DNA of 31,321 nt from Actinomycetota bacterium (lineage in GTDB: Bacteria > Actinomycetota > Acidimicrobiia > Acidimicrobiales > SZUA-35). Shown in pieces: positions 26,139-31,321 of this stretch. The notes beneath the pieces are model-generated. The model saw only the letters and a list, made by a program, of their open reading frames with translations. It searched no databases and was not told where the DNA came from. Within the stretch, counting starts at the first letter, position 1, and the number at the start of each line of letters is the position of its first letter. The stretch lies in the NCBI GenBank assembly GCA_027730885.1, contig JAQCHM010000001.1, forward strand, positions 1 through 31,321. The letters run 5' to 3'. The position numbers were made by a program, and so were the translations under genes.

Positions 26139-27436
26139 CAGCGATCCACCCCCGGCGAGTTACTCGCATCGGTGACTGAGTTGCCCGGAGATACGTAGCC
26201 GTCGTCGAAGGGGTTGCCTTCCTCGATCATCCGCCGCCACTCGAGCAACGAGATGTCCGGTCGGTACAGCCGCTCGGGTGGCGCATCGGTGGCTTCGACC
26301 ATCCAGCCGTCCTGTCCGGAGAACTGTCCGTGGAACAGCCAGCGAATTCCGCCGAGGTACTTGGCAAAGAATCCTGCTTTGGCCAGGCCTTTCTTGAACT
26401 GGACCATCACGCCCACGTACTTGGTCTTGCCGTCCTCGATCGGAACGTAGAACTCGTAGTGGATGAATTGGGGATACGCGATGCGGAGGACGCCGGGCAT
26501 GCTGAGCGACGCAAACCCGGGGAGATCCTGGCTGACGATGTAGGGATCGTTCTTCTTCGCCCCACCGGTGTTGCCGAGCATCTTGCCCTGCTGTTGCCTC
26601 GGCTTCTTCTTCCACCAGCGGTAGTTCGTCCAGGTTCCCAGTCCGGGGAATTCGGCGTCCCAATGACGTTCGTCTTCGATCCGGTAGATCCACCGGCCGT
26701 GCCGTTCGATGTGCACCACATTCCAGGTGGGCATGGTCTTGAAGGTCCGCCAGTAGGACCTTCGGTGAAGGAACTTCGCATGGCCCTCGTCGAACCCGTT
26801 CTCGGCGTAGAGCCGCCAGTCGCCGTTGCGATCCTCGATCCGGCCGCCGACGGCGTACTTGGGTGGGTTGCGGAGTTCCTCGGGGAGTTGATCGCTGAGT
26901 GGGTGTGGGTCGCGGTCGCCGATGAATACCCAGACCAGACCGACGGCTTCAGCGACGGGAAAGATCTGGACACTGACCTTGCCGCACATCGGTGAGTCGG
27001 GGCCGTCGGTGATGACGGCGACCAATTCCCCGGTGCTGAGGTCGAAGGTCCACGCGTGGTAGGGGCAGGTGACCGTGCTTGGGAACTCCTCGGTGCCCAT
27101 GGACAACGGCACACCTCGGTGGGGGCAGCGGTCGTGCAGGCCATGGGCGACCCCATCGGCGTCGCGTTGGAGCATGAGGTCCTCGCCGCACACCCGGACG
27201 GCGACTGGTTTCCGGCGGAGCTCTGCCGACCAGAACACCGGGTACCAGTAGTTGCGCAGGCCGTTGGCCGCCGCGTCGTACTCGGGCCACGAACTCCAGT
27301 CGGCACGTCCGGTCGCTTTCTTGGCTGCGTCTCCGCGTTTGCGGCTCGCCATCACCGCGGCCAGGCGGTCAGCAGAGTCAGTGCCAATGGCAACCGTCGT
27401 CTCACTCGTCGTCTCGGTGTCGTCGATCGTCATCAT
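26138..27436 (-). CDS. Rieske non-heme iron oxygenase, CarAa/OxoO (carbazole / 2-oxoquinoline) type
   Basis: GLRNYWYPV, Rieske CPH...CPYH, WRLYAENGFDEGHAKFLH (mononuclear Fe His pair) and a distal Asp in GQDGW. Confidence 0.9.
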   Translation of the reverse strand: MMTIDDTETTSETTVAIGTDSADRLAAVMASRKRGDAAKKATGRADWSSWPEYDAAANGLRNYWYPVFWSAELRRKPVAVRVCGEDLMLQRDADGVAHGLHDRCPHRGVPLSMGTEEFPSTVTCPYHAWTFDLSTGELVAVITDGPDSPMCGKVSVQIFPVAEAVGLVWVFIGDRDPHPLSDQLPEELRNPPKYAVGGRIEDRNGDWRLYAENGFDEGHAKFLHRRSYWRTFKTMPTWNVVHIERHGRWIYRIEDERHWDAEFPGLGTWTNYRWWKKKPRQQQGKMLGNTGGAKKNDPYIVSQDLPGFASLSMPGVLRIAYPQFIHYEFYVPIEDGKTKYVGVMVQFKKGLAKAGFFAKYLGGIRWLFHGQFSGQDGWMVEATDAPPERLYRPDISLLEWRRMIEEGNPFDDGYVSPGNSVTDASNSPGVDR

Positions 27437-27460
27437 GACCTCTTGTCGTGGTCAGGTTGG

Positions 27461-28615
27461 CTAGATGTAGCCGCGCTCGGGTTCGCGGCCGAAGAAGACT
27501 GCACCGGCATTCTTGAGCGTCATCTCGCCCATGAACGCGTGTTGGGTGGGCAGGTGGACGTCGCGAAAGCAGCGCGACAAGTGGTTCGAGTTCTCCGCAG
27601 CGGCCATGCCGGAAACGCTGTACGCGGCATCGACGACGGCGGCGCACTCACGGGTCACATGGGTACAGGAGAGCCGCATCATGTTGCGGGTCTCGATGTC
27701 GAGCTCTTGGCCCTTGACGAGTTTGTCCCATGCCGTGTCGATGGAGTCGTAGAAGAACAGCCGGGCGCTTCGGAGTCGAGCCTCGGCCTTGGCCATTTCG
27801 ATCTGGATGTATTCGCGGTCGCCGATGTTGGGGGCGCCGGTCGCCGACAGGGCGCCATCAGGCTTGCCCGCTGACCGCACGATGTTCATTGCCTCTCGTG
27901 CAACGCCGATCGAAGTCACGGCCAGGACTTGGGCCGCGATCGTGATGGTTGGATAACGGAAGAAGGGGCCATCCGGCGTCAGCGGAGCACCTCGAACGAA
28001 CGTCCATTCCGGATCGACCAGCACATCCTCGACGACGATGTCGAAGCTTCCGGTTCCGGCCATGCCGTGCATGTCCCAGGATCCGGTATCGATCTGCACC
28101 TGGGATGCCGGCATCACCGCCATGCGTGGCAGCGCTCCCTCTTCGTTCGGGACGATTCCAACGCCGATGCGGTCAGCGGAGGTGCAGCCGCTCGCCCAAC
28201 GCCAACGACCGTTGAGCAAGTACTTGCCGTCGACGACCTCGGCCTTTTGCAACGGGAACATCGCGCCGGCGAATACGGCATCGGGATCGCTCCACGTCTC
28301 GTGCACCGATTCGAGCGGAAGGCCGCCGAGATAGGCCTCGCAGACGCCAAAGCTGGCAACCCATCCGGCCGAGCCGTCGGCCTCCGAGATTGCCTCGATC
28401 GCAACGAGGAACTCCGTCGGCGACCGCTCGCCTCCACCAAAGGCCCGCGGCACGAAGGCGCGGTAGATCCCGATCTCACGGAATCGATCGATGATGTCGG
28501 CCGAGACGAAGTGCTGGTCGGCAAACTCCGAACGACGAGCCCGGATGTCGGCGAGCAGAGCGTCGAAGGCGGCCGCGCCGCCCCAAAGTTCCTTGTCGAG
28601 TTTTGGACCGCTCAT
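27461..28615 (-). CDS. Acyl-CoA-dehydrogenase-fold flavin-dependent monooxygenase, IacA/HsaA-like
   Basis: ERSPTEF, ADGSAGWVASFG, GRWRWASGC, GMAGTGS and RCFRDVH; ATG at 28615 with RBS GAAGGGA. Confidence 0.88.
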   Translation of the reverse strand: MSGPKLDKELWGGAAAFDALLADIRARRSEFADQHFVSADIIDRFREIGIYRAFVPRAFGGGERSPTEFLVAIEAISEADGSAGWVASFGVCEAYLGGLPLESVHETWSDPDAVFAGAMFPLQKAEVVDGKYLLNGRWRWASGCTSADRIGVGIVPNEEGALPRMAVMPASQVQIDTGSWDMHGMAGTGSFDIVVEDVLVDPEWTFVRGAPLTPDGPFFRYPTITIAAQVLAVTSIGVAREAMNIVRSAGKPDGALSATGAPNIGDREYIQIEMAKAEARLRSARLFFYDSIDTAWDKLVKGQELDIETRNMMRLSCTHVTRECAAVVDAAYSVSGMAAAENSNHLSRCFRDVHLPTQHAFMGEMTLKNAGAVFFGREPERGYI

Positions 28616-28694
28616 CGTGTCCCTTCTGTTCGCGCCCCCTGCGCTTTGATTCTGTCGACATCCTCCCTGGCCCTGACAGCCAATGCCACCCTGT

Positions 28695-28713
28695 CGGTTC
28701 GCTGAGCGAACCG
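28695..28713. promoter_or_regulatory. Perfect palindrome; candidate IclR (PcaR-type) operator
   Basis: CGGTTCGCT-G-AGCGAACCG, between the IclR stop and the operon start. Confidence 0.65.
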
Positions 28714-28740
28714 CGATGTGGGCGCAGGTGAGCGGCGCTG

Positions 28741-29514
28741 TCACACTGGCATCGACGCGCCGAGGCGCCGGCTGAGCCCAGCGGCGGCAAGTCGCACGAG
28801 CGGCGTCAGCGCGGTGGCATCGAGTTCGTCGATACCGCCGGTCACCGAAATCGCGCCGACGAGCTGATTGCCCAGCTCGAACACCGGTGCACCAACCGAC
28901 ATCAACCCCGCAAACACTTCGCCGATCTCGGTTGCCACGCCATCGAGTCGAACCTGGTCGAGCAGTCGTCGTAGCTCGTCGCCTTCCCCTACTGATCGCG
29001 CGGTGCGTTGGGTCAGCCCCGCCGCGACGACCTGCTCGAACAGTTCGGCGGGTCCGAATGCCAGGAGGCACCGTCCGGTGGCCGTGCAGTGCAGAGGTAG
29101 TCGCGACGCGACCGAGGATGGGACTTCTCGCGTCGACCGTCCTGGAAGTCGCTCGACGTACATCACGTCGAGCCCATCGAGCACAGCGAGGTGCACGGTC
29201 TGGCCGCTTGCGACCGACAGATCCTCGAGAAAGTGGAGAGCGGCGTCGCGCAGCAATCGACGGGCGGGGACGCGGCTGCCGAGTTCGAACAAGAGGGAGC
29301 CCAGCCGAAATGCGTCACCGGCGCGCTGGACGACGCCCCAGGCCACGAGCTCGCCGCACAAGCGATGGACGGTTGCTTTCGACAGGTCGGTTCGTCGTGC
29401 GAGCTCGGACAGGCCCAGCACCCCGCCTGATTCGGCGAGCGCGTTCAGGATCAGGCGGACCTTGCCAATCACGGTGTGGGGTGCCGGTGGTTTCACCGGA
29501 CGGGCACCAGCCAT
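28741..29514 (-). CDS. IclR-family transcriptional regulator
   Basis: HTH GLSELARRTDLSKATVHRL, LPLHCTATGR and SVGAPVF...GAISV. Confidence 0.93.
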   Translation of the reverse strand: MAGARPVKPPAPHTVIGKVRLILNALAESGGVLGLSELARRTDLSKATVHRLCGELVAWGVVQRAGDAFRLGSLLFELGSRVPARRLLRDAALHFLEDLSVASGQTVHLAVLDGLDVMYVERLPGRSTREVPSSVASRLPLHCTATGRCLLAFGPAELFEQVVAAGLTQRTARSVGEGDELRRLLDQVRLDGVATEIGEVFAGLMSVGAPVFELGNQLVGAISVTGGIDELDATALTPLVRLAAAGLSRRLGASMPV

Positions 29515-29629
29515 CACAACGGCACCCTTGCCTCTCGATCGGCCACCATTGCCGTCCGAATCTACCGGCTTCGACCCCACCGGACTTACCGGTACCGTTG
29601 GCCCTACGACGACAAGGAGCGTGGGGACG

Positions 29630-31288
29630 ATGGCACAAGCCGGGGTAGCAGTAGTGGAGGAAGCGGCTGAGGTCGCGAACGTGGAACGACACGATGTGGT
29701 GGTTGTCGGCGCAGGCGTGTCCGGGATCTACCAGATCAAGCGACTGGCCGACCTCGGTGTCGATGCCGTGCTCCTCGAAGGTGACGACGACCTGGGCGGC
29801 ACCTGGTACCGGAACCGCTACCCCGGGGCTCGCTTCGACTCCGAGAGCTACACGTACGGGTACTCCTTCTCCAAGGAGCTGCTCGACGAATGGCACTGGA
29901 AGGAGAGGTTCTCGGCCCAGCCGGAGAACCTGAGGTACCTGAACTACGTGGCCGACAAGTTCGAGCTCCGTCGGCACATGCGGTTCAATTCCCGGGTCGA
30001 GCGGATGACCTGGAACGAGGCCGAGCGGACGTGGCGCGTCGACCTCCAGGGCGGTGGCGCCTATGTCGCTCGGTTCGTCATCACCAGTCTCGGACCCCTG
30101 TCGATGCCGACGTTCCCCAGCTACCCGGGCATGGACGAGTTCGAAGGCGAGTCGTTCCACACCTATTGGTGGCCCAAGGAGTCCGTCGCGCTGGAAGGGC
30201 GTCGGATCGGCGTCATCGGCACCGGGGCCACGGGCATCCAGGTCATCAGCGAGATCGCCGACAAGGTCGGCCAGCTCACGGTCTTCCAGCGTCGCCCCAA
30301 CTGGAGCACTCCGCTGAACAACGCTGCCATCTCCGACGAGGAGATGGCAGCGATTCGGGCCCGCTACGACGAGATCTTCGCCAACTGCGCCAAGTCCCCC
30401 GGTGGGTTCGAGCACGTTCCGGACCGCCGCGGCTTCTGGAGCCTGACGGCCGAGGAACGACGTCAAACCTGGGACGAGCTCTACGACCAGCCTGGATTCG
30501 CCATCCTCTCGGCCAACTTCCTGGAGATCTTCTTCGATGAGGCGGCCAACAACGAGATGTCCGAGTACATCGCCGACCGCATCCGCCGGCGAGTGAATGA
30601 CCCAGTCGTCGCCGAGAAGCTCATCCCCAAGGATCACGGGTTCGGCATGCAGCGTCTGCCGCTCGAGACCCGCTACTTCGAGGCCTACAACCGCGACAAC
30701 GTGAAGCTCGTCAGCCTGGCCGAGACCCCGATCGAACGGTTCATGCCCACCGGGATCCAGACCACCGACGCCGCCTACGAACTCGACGTCATCGTGTACG
30801 CCACAGGATTCGACGCCATCACCGGCGGTTACGACCGCATCGAGATCGTCGGAGTCGACGGCCAGAAGCTGGCGGAGAAGTGGCGCGACAGCCCGAGCAC
30901 CTACCTCGGAGTCCTCTCCCACGGCTTCCCGAATCTGTTCATGGTGGCAGGACCCCAGAGCGTCTCGGGTTCGACCAACTTCCCTCGAGCCATCGAGACC
31001 GGCGTCGACTGGCTCACCGGCCTGCTGCAACACGTCATGAACGACGACTGCACCCGAGTCGAAGCCGAGCCCGACGCCGAGGAAGGTTGGGTCGGTGAAG
31101 TCGTGTCGGCCCACGAGCGCATGTTGTTCCGACGCAGCAAGGGATGGTTCACCGGCTACAACTCCAATGTTGCCGGTCACCAGGAAGGCCACGTCCGCTA
31201 TCAGGCCTTCTTCGGCGGTGCGCCCAAGTACACCAAGACGATCGCCGGCATCGCCGCCGACGGCTACCGCGGCATCGATCTCCGCTAA
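29630..31288 (+). CDS. Type I Baeyer-Villiger monooxygenase
   Basis: GAGVSG, GGTWYRNRYPGARFD, fingerprint FEGESFHTYWW, GTGATG and VYATGF; RBS AAGGAG. Confidence 0.95.
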   Translation: MAQAGVAVVEEAAEVANVERHDVVVVGAGVSGIYQIKRLADLGVDAVLLEGDDDLGGTWYRNRYPGARFDSESYTYGYSFSKELLDEWHWKERFSAQPENLRYLNYVADKFELRRHMRFNSRVERMTWNEAERTWRVDLQGGGAYVARFVITSLGPLSMPTFPSYPGMDEFEGESFHTYWWPKESVALEGRRIGVIGTGATGIQVISEIADKVGQLTVFQRRPNWSTPLNNAAISDEEMAAIRARYDEIFANCAKSPGGFEHVPDRRGFWSLTAEERRQTWDELYDQPGFAILSANFLEIFFDEAANNEMSEYIADRIRRRVNDPVVAEKLIPKDHGFGMQRLPLETRYFEAYNRDNVKLVSLAETPIERFMPTGIQTTDAAYELDVIVYATGFDAITGGYDRIEIVGVDGQKLAEKWRDSPSTYLGVLSHGFPNLFMVAGPQSVSGSTNFPRAIETGVDWLTGLLQHVMNDDCTRVEAEPDAEEGWVGEVVSAHERMLFRRSKGWFTGYNSNVAGHQEGHVRYQAFFGGAPKYTKTIAGIAADGYRGIDLR

Positions 31289-31321
31289 CCCCGCACTGTT
31301 CTGCCGGATGGGCGCGTCGGA

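Noticed and set aside
27461-29071. 536-aa version of the flavin monooxygenase from the ORF track
   Set aside because: The N-terminal 151 aa overlap iclR and the operator and are low-complexity; the RBS and homology support ATG 28615.
1-31321. CRISPR array or rRNA
   Set aside because: No regularly spaced 23-47 bp repeats with unique spacers, no cas-like ORFs and no rRNA signature sequences were noticed.

Overview
High-GC actinobacterial DNA; an Acidimicrobiia-like origin is my inference from gene style, not a database result. A conserved core (recR-ybaB-dnaX-ffs, tRNA-Ser(GGA), tadA, tRNA-Ser(CGA), tRNA-Pro(GGG)) is interleaved with accessory DNA very rich in oxygenases and carrying several decay scars: an integrase remnant, a truncated IS21, a frameshifted CPA2-USP antiporter, an MFS gene split by a stop, and an in-frame hemolysin III::LigB chimera. 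Two candidate undescribed systems stand out. (1) At 806-1562, two tandem 31/32-aa paralogous peptide genes with their own RBSs end in VASLGAP(R/L)KW and lie upstream of a strong hairpin and a membrane-sensor-like ORF; this may be a peptide signalling module. (2) At 22071-29514, an IclR-associated, translationally coupled 7-gene operon encodes an IacA-like flavin monooxygenase, a CarAa/OxoO-type Rieske oxygenase, two alpha/beta hydrolases, a 39-aa membrane peptide, an M20-fold protein lacking all canonical metal ligands and an MhpB-like dioxygenase. It looks like an N-heteroaromatic (quinolinone/indole/carbazole-type) catabolic pathway. All family assignments come from motif recognition by eye; no searches were run.
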